This document shows, piece after piece, positions 1 through 9,762 of a stretch of DNA of 64,000 bases; position 1 is the first letter of the stretch, and every line of letters begins with the position of its first letter. The position numbers and the translations under genes are program-made. The stretch is from the sequence record PZ168832.1; one strand, 5' to 3'. The stretch is from a phage. Under the pieces are notes generated by a model. The model worked only from the letters and a program-made list of their open reading frames with translations. It searched no databases and was not told the origin of the DNA.

Positions 1-437
1 GGGATGCGGTGATCAAGAAGGCGCTCTGTGTCCCACTCGCCAACCATCGACGCTTCATCGAGTACAACAAGGTGCGGCCTTTCATCCAGCTTTGACTTTC
101 TCGAAAAGATTGGCTCATTGTCGTCATTTACGCCGCGCACGTTATAGATGAACTGGTGAAGGGTCTTAGCGCCACGACAGCCTTTTTGCTTTAATCGGCT
201 TGCAGCCTTTCCGGTCGGCGCAATATAGATAGCGCCGTACTCACCGACACAGCGGCGCACAATCTCGCGAGCAATAGAGGTTTTACCAGTCCCTGCATAG
301 CCAGCGATGAAAAACACGCGCTTCGTCGTTTTACCGTCCTGCAATCGCTTGTACCATGCAACGGCTTTCTCGATGGCGTCGATTTGTTGCGCGTTAAACT
401 GAATCACTGGCTCATCATTAAATTCTGGAATGTTCAT
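1..437 (-). CDS. SF1 DNA helicase, Dda/RecD-like (N-terminal part; C-terminus lies beyond window start)
   Basis: Minus-strand translation from ATG (complement of 435-437) gives MNIPEFNDEP...FFIAGYAGTGKTSIAREI...YIAPTGKAASRL...LVVLDEASMV: Walker A, motif Ia and Walker B in the order typical of Dda/RecD helicases. Not in ORF track because it has no stop inside the window. Confidence 0.75.
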   Translation of the reverse strand, partial: MNIPEFNDEPVIQFNAQQIDAIEKAVAWYKRLQDGKTTKRVFFIAGYAGTGKTSIAREIVRRCVGEYGAIYIAPTGKAASRLKQKGCRGAKTLHQFIYNVRGVNDDNEPIFSRKSKLDERPHLVVLDEASMVGEWDTERLLDHRI

Positions 438-763
438 TATAACTCCACTACGCTTTCAAGGTCCAGATATACTGGAATAAAATGGCAATCTTCTTTTCGT
501 TCAAACATCTCACCATCAACATGGCTGAAGAAAACAGTTGTGTTTGGTATCTTCCATCCTTTCTCGTCGCGCACTAAGTACGCCATGGATTCAACAGGGA
601 TGTACAGCGATACCGGATTCGCGGCAAAAATAAATTTGATTCTGTCTGGTTGACCCAGGAATCGCATGATTGTTAGGCTTGAATTCAATCTTGTATTAAG
701 GAAGGACTCAACGATTCCGACGTGTGTTGCACGCTCGCGTTGCTTCGTCTCTTTTTCGTTCAT
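437..763 (-). CDS. hypothetical protein (108 aa)
   Basis: ORF track; stop overlaps helicase start (TAATG), consistent with operon coupling. Confidence 0.4.
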   Translation of the reverse strand: MNEKETKQRERATHVGIVESFLNTRLNSSLTIMRFLGQPDRIKFIFAANPVSLYIPVESMAYLVRDEKGWKIPNTTVFFSHVDGEMFERKEDCHFIPVYLDLESVVEL

Positions 764-868
764 TTCAGGCGACCTTTGTTAGTGCGGAAATATTTTTTGA
801 TAGTATAATTGCAGATATAGTATAAAGCAAAGTAAATCGAAATTGTGAACTAAATGGTAAATATTGTT

Positions 869-897
869 GACTTTGTATCACTCAATATTATACTGCA
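869..897 (+). promoter_or_regulatory. sigma70-like promoter upstream of primase gene (TTGACT, about 17 bp spacer, TATACT)
   Basis: Read directly in the 764-923 intergenic region; purine-rich RBS (gaaggaaag) precedes ATG at 924. Confidence 0.35.
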
Positions 898-923
898 GGT
901 ATTGATTACCGAAGGAAAGAAAG

Positions 924-2006
924 ATGGCTAGTTTAAGAGAAGAAGCAAAAATAATTGAAGAGTTTTTAACAGAACTCCAAAGAGGCATCCCAGAAGATGA
1001 GCGCGTCATGACGGTGTTTGCTCCTGAAGCAACGGTACAGACCGACGAGCGCGGCAAGAAGATCAACAGCAGCTTCTGGCCTAAGCCTTGGAAGTTGGGC
1101 AAGCCGCTCATGCAGCACCAAAACGGCTATGCGTGCATCAGTTCAATGCGTAAGTCTCCCAACCCAAAGACGGGTGAGATGCGATACTGGCGTACAGAGT
1201 CGGCCTTTGGTCACGGTATGGCGATGATGGTCGACGACATCGGCCACGGTAAAGGGTCCAAAGGCGATTTAGATTTGGAATTCTTTTTCGAGCGACTGAA
1301 GCCGACTGTCATTGTCGAGACGTCACCGAACAACCACCAGCTTTGGTACTTCTTTAAAGAGCCGATTGACCATCTTATTCAGTTCAAAGCATTCCTTGGG
1401 TCTTTCGTAAACATGGTACTCAAGAAGGGCGGCGACAATACGATTAAAGACGTGACGCGCGTGGGCCGTGTTCCTGGGTGCATCAACAACAAGCGTGTGA
1501 CTCACGACGGCCCCTATAAATATGTCGATGAGAACGGCGACCCGTTCCGCTGCCGACTTGTCCATGCAGACTACTCCTTGCGCTACACCATCGAAGACAT
1601 CTGTCAGGCATTTGGCTTTCACGTCGTTATGTCGCAAAAGCGTGAGATTCAAATTGACGTCGATGAATACAAGTACGATGCTGTTTGGTATAAAATAGCC
1701 CAGCAGATTCTAGCGCGCAACAAAATGGGTGAAGGGTCTGATGGCGACGTCATCGAGAACATGTCAGGCAAGTGCCGCATAATCTGTCCTTGGGGTGAAG
1801 AACACACCAACGGCGACCCGTATGGCGCTTATTTTCGCGGCCCCATCCCTGGTGCTGAACATGAATTCGTTTTCGGTTGCGCTCACGACTGTCACCGGAA
1901 AGGGGAAGGCAAGAAAGGTTGGACCGCTTTTGTTGAAGCAGTAGTCATGCCTTATATTGAGAATCAACTTGATATGATAAATCGTCGCGCAGGTGGCATA
2001 AAATAG
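924..2006 (+). CDS. DNA primase-polymerase of the archaeo-eukaryotic primase (AEP) type
   Basis: 360 aa; motifs MMVDDIGHG (DxD), ETSPNNHQLWYFF (S..H) and RVGRVPGCINNK (RxPGxxN) in the order characteristic of AEP/prim-pol domains. Confidence 0.6.
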   Translation: MASLREEAKIIEEFLTELQRGIPEDERVMTVFAPEATVQTDERGKKINSSFWPKPWKLGKPLMQHQNGYACISSMRKSPNPKTGEMRYWRTESAFGHGMAMMVDDIGHGKGSKGDLDLEFFFERLKPTVIVETSPNNHQLWYFFKEPIDHLIQFKAFLGSFVNMVLKKGGDNTIKDVTRVGRVPGCINNKRVTHDGPYKYVDENGDPFRCRLVHADYSLRYTIEDICQAFGFHVVMSQKREIQIDVDEYKYDAVWYKIAQQILARNKMGEGSDGDVIENMSGKCRIICPWGEEHTNGDPYGAYFRGPIPGAEHEFVFGCAHDCHRKGEGKKGWTAFVEAVVMPYIENQLDMINRRAGGIK

Positions 2007-2213
2007 TTTGCTTTTATTTTCATAGCAACTATAATCATTTTATGAACTGAAGCAGAGGTGATTTATGCAAAGCGAAGAATTGAACATCGAGGTTGAATGT
2101 CTGTTAAAGTCGTTAGAACATAAACCAGTAGAGCTTCCGACCCTTCAAGGAGTCATGGCTCACCATCAAGCGGCTGCGGCCAAACACTACTCTGAATTTG
2201 TTAAGGAATAAAA

Positions 2214-2504
2214 ATGAACGAACCAAAAATGATGACCGTTGAAGAAGCGCAAAAGCTTCGTGTTGAAAACGAGCTTAAGCTTGTCAACCAGATTCTCCCC
2301 TTGTTTGCAGGCTACGCAGTGGAGGAAGTTGTTGGGGCAATCCTTAACGTATCCACACATGTCGCTATGAATCTTCAGGCCGAACGATTCAATACGCTGC
2401 TGACTATTAAAAACCTTACGGTCAGTGCAACGTTCACCGTTGAGCCAGTCAATTTTGACGAAGCTGCAGCCGCGATTCAACAACAGCGAGATCAAGAGGT
2501 GTAG
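2214..2504 (+). CDS. hypothetical early protein (96 aa)
   Basis: ORF track; same strand, tightly packed. Confidence 0.4.
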   Translation: MNEPKMMTVEEAQKLRVENELKLVNQILPLFAGYAVEEVVGAILNVSTHVAMNLQAERFNTLLTIKNLTVSATFTVEPVNFDEAAAAIQQQRDQEV

Positions 2505-2506
2505 CA

Positions 2507-2769
2507 TGGGTGCTTTCCGTAACGAGTTCACCTGGAACGTTACCAGAAATCTCTCGACTTGTCCTAACTGTGCAAGCGATGTTATCAAGGTGCGGCAGCA
2601 TCGCAACGCGGAGGAAGGTGCCTGGGAAGATGGCGACCTTGTAGAGTGCCAGTGCTGCTCTCATGAAGGCGTTGTGGAGCTTTACGCTGGCGAAGGTTGC
2701 CCACCAGCAGAGCGCACAGCACGCGTTGAATGGGATGCAACAGACTCCATTGGTGATCCTCAACAGTAA
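2507..2769 (+). CDS. small zinc-ribbon-like protein
   Basis: Start moved to in-frame ATG (MGAFRNE...); CPNC...CQCC cysteine pairs. Confidence 0.4.
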
Positions 2770-2888
2770 ATTTAGGTATAGATACTTATGAAAGCCGTAA
2801 AGAAATACACATTAATCATTTCCCTTGTCATCATCCTGGGGCTATTATATGTATTGGATATGGCATATTATTTGGCAGGGGTGAGTGG

Positions 2889-3179
2889 ATGAATATTGTA
2901 ATTCTTTATGGTGAAAATATCAGCGATGACGACATCGAAGTTGCCGTTGATGTTTACGGTATCGATGAGGTGAAACGTGTTGAAGAAATTAGTGGCGCAA
3001 ATCTCAATGAGATTGTCAAAGAAGCTGGCTGCCCTTCGGAAGAGATTCTGGTGGTTACTAACGATGACCTGTCTTCTATGGATCATTTGCGCCGCATCTT
3101 CACCGATTGCCAATACCTTCATGCTGTTCAATCAGTAAACAAATTGAGAAAGGCATACGCCAACCAATTTCCTTGCTGA
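2889..3179 (+). CDS. hypothetical early protein (96 aa)
   Basis: ORF track. Confidence 0.4.
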   Translation: MNIVILYGENISDDDIEVAVDVYGIDEVKRVEEISGANLNEIVKEAGCPSEEILVVTNDDLSSMDHLRRIFTDCQYLHAVQSVNKLRKAYANQFPC

Positions 3180-3315
3180 TAGTTCACCAGTTATATTGCT
3201 TTAAATTGAGTTTTACTATATTAATATACAACGCCAGATTTCTGGCGTTTATTTACCGCACCCTGAAAGGATATATCCATGCAACAATATAACAAAGCCG
3301 TATCAGGAGGATTAA

Positions 3316-4986
3316 ATGTCAATTGAACATGACAATCTTCCAGAGGATACAGGTGATGAATTTGGTGCAATCTTTGACGAAATTCAAGACGCTGGTGTTT
3401 CAGAAGAAATGCAAGCAGCAGAGCAGCAAGGCACCAGAGCTAAAATAAGCCTTCAGCACAAGGCTGTTGAGAAAGATGCAGAGCGCATGGAATGCTACGG
3501 TGAAGAAGACTTGGTTGAAAGGGCACGTTTGCTCGCCTCACTTCAGGTAATCAAGTTCCCTCACTATAAACCGACGAAAGATGATTTTGTTCTTCAGGCG
3601 GACCGGACGAGTGACATGAACCGTTATGCGGTTTTCGACGCGTTGTTTGATAAGGGAAGCGGCGTTGTTCCATTCCCTCACAAAGATACTTTTCGTGGGC
3701 GCTTAGTCGACCATCGCGGCGAAACATTCACCGACCGGACGTTGGAAGTCACAGAGATAGTTGCCGCTGTCGACGCAGCAGGCCTGTCCAACCCAAACTC
3801 ACGGCAGGTCGCTCAATCCTATAAGGAATGGGCCATGCGTTATCAGCGCGACGACCTGATGGACTTCTTCTACAAGAAGCTGCCTGAATGGGACGGTACT
3901 GCGCGCATTGAGAAATACCTTATCGAGCTATTCCGACCGTTCGATACAGAGTTAAACCGACAAATCGGTGTGTATTTTTGGCTATCGCTCTATAACCGCC
4001 TGACCAACCCTGGCTGTCAAGCGCCAATATCCATTGCGCTCATCGGCGGCCAGAACGCAGGGAAGAGTTATTTTAGTAAGCTGCTTTGCGAAGCTATTAT
4101 GAACGACCGCCACGCAACACCGATTCCGTTGAACTTGGCCGCGCAAAACTTCAACCCGTTCTTGCGAGCTATTACGGGTCGCTCAATTATCGCGAACGTT
4201 GGCGAGATGACAGGCTTTAAAAAGGCCGACATCGAAAACATGAAAGCATTCCTGACTAAGACGGAAGATGACCTGGACTTCAAATTTGAAGACACGCAGG
4301 TTAAACCACGCCAGTGGATTGCGATCATGGACGGCAACGAATACGCAGGCATGCAGCGTGACGACACGGGCAACCGTCGTGTTTACCCTATCTTTGTTGG
4401 CCAACTTGCTGACAAGGACGGGCAACCGAACTGGTCTAAAGACTTCCAAGCTGACCTTTCCACTTTGAAAGAAGATGTTTGGCAGCTTATGGCTGAGTGC
4501 GCTGCGTGGATGGAGAAGCACGGCGAAGCAGGTTACAACGCCTTTGTTGGTGAAACGTCTCGTATGCTTACTGAGTTCAGCAAGAATGAAATGGAACGCG
4601 CTCGCGGCGTTATCCGTGATGAGATGGTCGACAACGACCTTGTTGAAGTCGTCATTACTGCGCCTTATGACCGACATCACAGCGGACGCTGGCACATCAC
4701 CAGTGGTGCAATCGCTATGGGATTCAGAGCTAAGTGCGGCAAGTCGCCTTTCTCACGTACCCTTGCGCCGCACATGTCGAAACTTGGATTTGAGCCTGCA
4801 ACCTATCGCAACCAGCGTGGTTACTTTACGCCGCTGATTAAGAATGAAGCAGGGGAATACATTTCTGACTTGATGACTATCTTGGCGTATCTTATCCGCG
4901 ACGAGTCTGACCCTGAAGATATTGAATTCTTGAAGAAGGTTATTGAACGCAAACGTTCTTTAGGAAGAGATAAGGATGAATTCTGA
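3316..4986 (+). CDS. VirE-like P-loop NTPase (primase-associated helicase-like replication protein)
   Basis: 556 aa; Walker A IALIGGQNAGKSYFSKLL; resembles primase C-terminal/VirE-family NTPases; lies downstream of the AEP primase. Confidence 0.55.
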   Translation: MSIEHDNLPEDTGDEFGAIFDEIQDAGVSEEMQAAEQQGTRAKISLQHKAVEKDAERMECYGEEDLVERARLLASLQVIKFPHYKPTKDDFVLQADRTSDMNRYAVFDALFDKGSGVVPFPHKDTFRGRLVDHRGETFTDRTLEVTEIVAAVDAAGLSNPNSRQVAQSYKEWAMRYQRDDLMDFFYKKLPEWDGTARIEKYLIELFRPFDTELNRQIGVYFWLSLYNRLTNPGCQAPISIALIGGQNAGKSYFSKLLCEAIMNDRHATPIPLNLAAQNFNPFLRAITGRSIIANVGEMTGFKKADIENMKAFLTKTEDDLDFKFEDTQVKPRQWIAIMDGNEYAGMQRDDTGNRRVYPIFVGQLADKDGQPNWSKDFQADLSTLKEDVWQLMAECAAWMEKHGEAGYNAFVGETSRMLTEFSKNEMERARGVIRDEMVDNDLVEVVITAPYDRHHSGRWHITSGAIAMGFRAKCGKSPFSRTLAPHMSKLGFEPATYRNQRGYFTPLIKNEAGEYISDLMTILAYLIRDESDPEDIEFLKKVIERKRSLGRDKDEF

Positions 4987-5633
4987 TGAATAAAGCAATC
5001 AACATCGCTAAATTCTTTCAAAATCTCGGTGAACTGAACAAAGAGAGTGACGTTCACGGAGAAGAAATGAACCGGATGATTTCAACCGTGTTGCGTGGTT
5101 TTGGGTACGATAAGGACTCCATCAACTGTAAGCGCACGAAGCTTGTCGATGAGACATACCTTTACTACGTTGAATTGCGCGTAGGGAAAGAGTTGATGAT
5201 CATCGACCCTAAATTGGAAGGGGCGCACTGTTTTGGCGCTCACCCTCGTGCGAGTGAATTCAAGGGTCGCGGTCGCAACCGACTCCAGAAGCTTGATGAT
5301 GCAGGCGACTTGAACATCTCGATGTTCCTCAAAGAGTTCCTTGCGCTGCCGAAGGTTGCATCCTCAACGGGCCGTGATGACCTGTGCAAGATTGGATTCA
5401 GAACTAAAGATTTGCGCAATGCGCTACGCAAGAAGGGATTTGTACCTTCTTATGATAACGTCGCCGCGCTGATGGCTTCCATGGAGGAAGCTGAAGCAAT
5501 GGATAAAGTGCGCGGCTATTTCCTGAATACAGGCTACACAATGTATGAGTGGCACACCAAAGGATTGACTGTCGCCGACTTCATCTATTCATTAGAGCAG
5601 AAGTATGTACGCAATATGCAGGCCACAGGATAA
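4986..5633 (+). CDS. hypothetical protein (215 aa)
   Basis: ORF track; ATGA overlap with upstream gene. Confidence 0.45.
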   Translation: MNKAINIAKFFQNLGELNKESDVHGEEMNRMISTVLRGFGYDKDSINCKRTKLVDETYLYYVELRVGKELMIIDPKLEGAHCFGAHPRASEFKGRGRNRLQKLDDAGDLNISMFLKEFLALPKVASSTGRDDLCKIGFRTKDLRNALRKKGFVPSYDNVAALMASMEEAEAMDKVRGYFLNTGYTMYEWHTKGLTVADFIYSLEQKYVRNMQATG

Positions 5634-5862
5634 TTATCATCAAAATATTTGCTTTTCTGACGAGGTGATATTATGATTAACTTAGACAGGATTGAGTTAG
5701 CACTTAGTACCTTAATCAAATATTACCAGTTTGCTTTTAAGGCTAGTTTGTTCGGCTTGTTCAATCCTCATCAAGCAGCAAAGGCGCGAAGCAATGCCAA
5801 CCGCCTGCGCTGTACTGGTATAGTTATCCACGACCGGATATTGACAGAGGGTAGATTCAGCC

Positions 5863-6072
5863 ATGAATACACAAGGGAGAATAACAAATCAACGTAGGGC
5901 TTTACAAGTCCTCATCCACTACCTGTCACGCCTTTATCCAACGGCGCACGAGCAGAATCCATCAACGGGTCACCTGTTTAAGCGCCGTAACCTTTCGTTA
6001 AAAACATTTGCTTTAATCCAATATGACCGCTACCTGGACGGGCGCTACTGCGGCCCGAAGGATTCTCTATGA
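5863..6072 (+). CDS. hypothetical small protein
   Basis: ORF track. Confidence 0.3.
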   Translation: MNTQGRITNQRRALQVLIHYLSRLYPTAHEQNPSTGHLFKRRNLSLKTFALIQYDRYLDGRYCGPKDSL

Positions 6073-6347
6073 TTACTACATACAAAGTATTCTTTGTCAA
6101 GTGCACATCATCTATTGATGACCAATTTACTGCTGGCAAGAATTATCCCGTGATTTCTGAGTCAAGGCTAGATATAATCTTGAACGATCATGAAATCTAT
6201 GAGCCGATGCCAGCGACTGCGTTTGATGTTATCGGTCATGTTCGGATTAAGACGAATGTTGAAACGATGCATGACCCGTTGTTCAAGAAGCAAATCAAGA
6301 ATGCCATGCAAGACTTTTGCGCGGCCATGTTTAAATATTATAAGTGA
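6069..6347 (+). CDS. hypothetical small protein
   Basis: ORF track; start overlaps previous stop. Confidence 0.35.
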   Translation: MITTYKVFFVKCTSSIDDQFTAGKNYPVISESRLDIILNDHEIYEPMPATAFDVIGHVRIKTNVETMHDPLFKKQIKNAMQDFCAAMFKYYK

Positions 6348-6354
6348 GTTGAAG

Positions 6355-6576
6355 ATGAGCAAGAAAACCCTTAAGGCTGGCGACCGTATCCGTTGGGTGT
6401 CAGGACAGCATATGCGCGCAGGCACCATCCTTGAGCTGGATGAATACCTTACCGATTCGCGCGGTCGCAATCATTACCGTGTAAGAATCGATACAGTAAA
6501 AGAAGATGACAAGTCACTGGTTGGTGAAGTCGTCATCGTAACTCCACGTCAAATCAAGGCGGCTTGTGAAGCATGA
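6355..6576 (+). CDS. hypothetical small protein (MSKKTLKAGD...)
   Basis: In-frame ATG within track ORF 6190..6576, chosen because the longer form overlaps the upstream gene. Confidence 0.35.
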   Translation: MSKKTLKAGDRIRWVSGQHMRAGTILELDEYLTDSRGRNHYRVRIDTVKEDDKSLVGEVVIVTPRQIKAACEA

Positions 6577-6730
6577 ATAAATATCAATTTAGCGATAATA
6601 AAATCAGTAAGGCAGATGCAATCAAGCAGCTTCGCCGCGTACTTGAAGCCAGCGGCCATACGAAAGAGCGCGCACGCGTCCTGGCCAAAGAGCATTATAA
6701 ACGTTTTGTGTCACAAATCAGAGGTTGACC

Positions 6731-7078
6731 ATGGCTCATGTTAAAGACGAAGTGTTGTATGGCGCAGAAATTAAGAAGCGCGTGCGTGAGATGGCTTCCG
6801 GTGGCACGCTGCTGCCGCCGCGCGTTCGATGCGACCATGTGATTGGCGTATCCGGCACGAAAGAGATGGGTGTGTTGGTAAAAGACATTCGCGTTGGCGA
6901 TGTCATGGTCATAGACCGACAAGCACGCGTCGTTATCCAGGTGCAACCGAACGATGATGAAGGCTGTGTTCTATTGAAGCTGAAGAAGCTTTCATCCAGC
7001 CCAGCGAAGGCCGTCATCAAGAAGGTGTGGCCCGAAGGATTACGCAAACTCATTCGTCGACCCGTGGAGAATGTATAA
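6731..7078 (+). CDS. hypothetical small protein
   Basis: Track ORF 6725..7078 with start at MAHVKDE. Confidence 0.35.
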   Translation: MAHVKDEVLYGAEIKKRVREMASGGTLLPPRVRCDHVIGVSGTKEMGVLVKDIRVGDVMVIDRQARVVIQVQPNDDEGCVLLKLKKLSSSPAKAVIKKVWPEGLRKLIRRPVENV

Positions 7079-7314
7079 TGGAAGATTATATCAACGCTAT
7101 GTATATGGCATTCTATGTCGTGCAACTTCCCAATGGCGCGGTATTCTATGGCGAGTATACCTTTGACGTTCAATATGACGTTTCAGAGCGTACAGTGTTA
7201 ACAAGGGAGTTAATCGCGGACCTTAAGGACGACATCAAACGCGTCGCGCGGCAGCAGTTCAATTTGGATGACACCGTCATCGTTCGAATTACCGGAATAA
7301 CAGAGGTGCAGTGA
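7078..7314 (+). CDS. hypothetical small protein
   Basis: In-frame ATG (MEDYINAMY...) of track ORF 7027..7314. Confidence 0.35.
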   Translation: MEDYINAMYMAFYVVQLPNGAVFYGEYTFDVQYDVSERTVLTRELIADLKDDIKRVARQQFNLDDTVIVRITGITEVQ

Positions 7315-7643
7315 TGACCCGTGATCAGATACTCGCCGCGCATGAGCGTGGATTGATAAAGGAAGTTTGGAAGAAGGCCAATGTCTTTGCTGATTCTTAT
7401 TACTTCTTAAAGAAGTGCATAAAAGAAAATGCAAGAATGGGCAACACAGTATTGACTTTTAATCTTCTATCTTATGGCGAAAAGCTTAATGCAATATATG
7501 CTTGTCGACTAGCCAGCATGAAGTTCGATAGAGGAAACGACGGAGAGTTGACCATCTATCGATTCTCTCACCGGACGGGTGATACAAAGATAACAAGGAC
7601 ACGTGACCAGATAGAGATTGACCTACTCCACTATGTAAAATGA
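7311..7643 (+). CDS. hypothetical protein (110 aa)
   Basis: ORF track. Confidence 0.4.
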   Translation: MMTRDQILAAHERGLIKEVWKKANVFADSYYFLKKCIKENARMGNTVLTFNLLSYGEKLNAIYACRLASMKFDRGNDGELTIYRFSHRTGDTKITRTRDQIEIDLLHYVK

Positions 7644-7647
7644 ATAT

Positions 7648-7696
7648 CAAAAGGTGAGCTAAATGCTTGCCTTTTATTTTATCAATACTTATACTA
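7648..7696 (+). promoter_or_regulatory. terminator-promoter cassette 1: hairpin plus T-run, then TTGCCT (about 17 bp) TATACT
   Basis: caaaaggtgagctaaatgcttgccttttatttt forms a stem with G-U pairs followed by a T-run; the -35 lies in the descending arm. Confidence 0.45.
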
Positions 7697-7727
7697 TTTT
7701 CATCAAGACAAACAAGTGAGGCGAATT

Positions 7728-8045
7728 ATGATTTACTTAGGCATCGACCAGGAACAAGACGAGCGTTTAGGAAGCGTGTTAAACGTAGACTTAAACACAG
7801 CTGTACACATCAAGCCTTGGCCAGAGGACCACGGCGACGTAGTTGTACCCGTTGCGCCTTGGACGCGTTACGTGGCCATTGACAATGACGGCCTTGTACA
7901 TTGTTATTCAGAAAAGCCGACCTACTTCGAAAAGTATCACCAATGGCTCATGACTGGTTGGGCATTGGTACGCTGTTGCGGCGAAGTCGGTCTGGATGGC
8001 TGGAGCTTCGAGGCTAGTGAATCGTGTGTCGAGGTGCGATTATGA
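7728..8045 (+). CDS. hypothetical protein
   Basis: Track ORF 7716..8045, start moved to ATG (MIYLGID...). Confidence 0.4.
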   Translation: MIYLGIDQEQDERLGSVLNVDLNTAVHIKPWPEDHGDVVVPVAPWTRYVAIDNDGLVHCYSEKPTYFEKYHQWLMTGWALVRCCGEVGLDGWSFEASESCVEVRL

Positions 8046-8260
8046 ATGCCGCGCTGGGTAAGCTGTCTTTCAACAAGCGCAACGAGTTGCGTATGGTGTC
8101 GCGCTTTCAACAAACGCATTTATCACTAATCAAGATTGCAAACAAGGCCTACTCTCTAAATTGTCCTGAAGAAGAATGGAAAGAATTGAATGAGCGTCGT
8201 AAACAATTACAAAAGGCTGCGTTTAAGCTGCAGCAATATGCCATGGAGTATGCAAAATGA
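8042..8260 (+). CDS. hypothetical small protein
   Basis: Track ORF 8024..8260, start at MNAALGK. Confidence 0.35.
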   Translation: MNAALGKLSFNKRNELRMVSRFQQTHLSLIKIANKAYSLNCPEEEWKELNERRKQLQKAAFKLQQYAMEYAK

Positions 8261-8640
8261 GAATGAAGCGTTGCCCTTACTGCCACGATGTAATGCACCT
8301 TCCACACGAAGAGTTTGTGCAGCACATGACTAACTGTGATAAGAATCCTAAGAGCGAAAGCCAACTTGAAGAAAGAATGTTCTTGGTGTCATTCAAAGCT
8401 TCTGCTTATGAAGTGCAACGTTCTTACGGCGCACCAAGTACGATTTACTGCCCAACAACATTGAGAAGCGACATCGACTCAATTCAGCTTGCGGCCTGGA
8501 TTAACGTTAAGGAAGGAGTCACGCCGCACTTTATTGCGCGCCTCCAATCTCAGATTCTACAAATGAAGCGCGAATACAACCGTGACATAACTGAAGTGAA
8601 GGTGTTGTCTATCACGCCTATGAATAAGGAGTTGCCGTGA
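8257..8640 (+). CDS. hypothetical protein with Cys/His cluster (CPYCHDVMH)
   Basis: ORF track. Confidence 0.4.
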   Translation: MRMKRCPYCHDVMHLPHEEFVQHMTNCDKNPKSESQLEERMFLVSFKASAYEVQRSYGAPSTIYCPTTLRSDIDSIQLAAWINVKEGVTPHFIARLQSQILQMKREYNRDITEVKVLSITPMNKELP

Positions 8641-8897
8641 ACAAGGGTCCGATGACGAAGTTGGCCGTTGCCGCGCGGAAGCTTCGACAAGCCGTTAATG
8701 GGTCGCGGCCCGTGGCGTTAACACTCGACGATGCAAAGGCACTGGTAGAGCTGCTCGACGAGCACAACCGACGCAAGAATCTGGAGAACACATTACGCTG
8801 GCGCGTTACTCCGAAAGGGCGGGAGAGCGAAAAGAAAGCTTACTTGCGGCGCAAACTAAGGTCGGTCGGCCTTCACGAAGAGGCGAAGAATATTTAA
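8637..8897 (+). CDS. hypothetical small protein
   Basis: ORF track. Confidence 0.4.
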   Translation: MNKGPMTKLAVAARKLRQAVNGSRPVALTLDDAKALVELLDEHNRRKNLENTLRWRVTPKGRESEKKAYLRRKLRSVGLHEEAKNI

Positions 8898-8900
8898 TTC

Positions 8901-8947
8901 AAAAAGGTGAGCTAAATGCTTGCCTTTTTATTTGCCTGTATTATACT
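8901..8947 (+). promoter_or_regulatory. terminator-promoter cassette 2 (near-identical copy of cassette 1)
   Basis: aaaaaggtgagctaaatgcttgcctttttattt followed by TTGCCT (about 16 bp) TATACT. Confidence 0.45.
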
Positions 8948-8975
8948 TAGTTCATCAAGCAAAGGAGAAATGATT

Positions 8976-9278
8976 ATGAGTTACGACGAAAGGTTTGGCA
9001 GAAGCGGATTATTTCATGACGCTGTACACAAAGACAGCAAAGATGTTGTCTGCGCATTCAAGGTTGATTCTTACGGTACACTGAAACCTTTTAAGGTCGG
9101 CGAAACATACAAGCTGTTTCACGGCTGGTTGACGCGTCGCAACAACTTGCCTGACGTGGAGGTGTGGTGGATAGAATACAAGGGTCAGGCTCATCGGTGC
9201 AAGGTTGTAGAGATGCACGGCGTCAAATACTATCAATCGATCATCAGCGGCTTTGTTTTTAAAGAGGGTGAGCTATGA
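8976..9278 (+). CDS. hypothetical protein
   Basis: Track ORF 8916..9278; start moved to ATG with aaggag RBS. Confidence 0.4.
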   Translation: MSYDERFGRSGLFHDAVHKDSKDVVCAFKVDSYGTLKPFKVGETYKLFHGWLTRRNNLPDVEVWWIEYKGQAHRCKVVEMHGVKYYQSIISGFVFKEGEL

Positions 9279-9580
9279 GTACAGAAGCGATGAAGAAAAA
9301 GATTTTGAACGCTTTGCAAGAAGGCGTGAACTGTGGTGCTATCAAAGAGTTTAATGAGGCGCAAGTCAGCGGAGAGAATGCAATAGGATTTAGTAATAAT
9401 AAAGGCGGCATCGCCGCAATCCTTTTGTTAAACAACACCGATGATAAGTTTATACTTTACGTCGGAGGGTATGAGCTTGTTGTTGATGATTTATTCATCA
9501 CTTGTGCCGACGGCCTTAACCCTATGTTGACATTTGAACGTTGCGGAATTCGTGTTGCAACGTTTGGAGGGAATTTATGA
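9275..9580 (+). CDS. hypothetical protein
   Basis: ORF track. Confidence 0.4.
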   Translation: MSTEAMKKKILNALQEGVNCGAIKEFNEAQVSGENAIGFSNNKGGIAAILLLNNTDDKFILYVGGYELVVDDLFITCADGLNPMLTFERCGIRVATFGGNL

Positions 9581-9762
9581 GTACCGAAGTCCATAACGCT
9601 TCAGCACTGGTGAGCTTTTACCGCAACAAAGGCGTGTCACTCGTTAAAACGCCGCAAGGCATGCTGTTCTTTGGCACGCGCTTCCTTAAGGCTTCGGAGC
9701 GTGAAACGCTGTCCAAGTTTGACCAGAAAACATTGCACGCAGTTTGGAGAAGACAACAATGA
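9577..9762 (+). CDS. hypothetical small protein
   Basis: In-frame ATG of track ORF 9541..9762 (ATGA overlap). Confidence 0.3.
   Translation: MSTEVHNASALVSFYRNKGVSLVKTPQGMLFFGTRFLKASERETLSKFDQKTLHAVWRRQQ

Noticed and set aside
5673-5897. 74 aa ORF between 4986..5633 and 5863..6072
   Set aside because: Overlaps the next ORF in another frame and has a weak start context; kept out of the feature list as uncertain.
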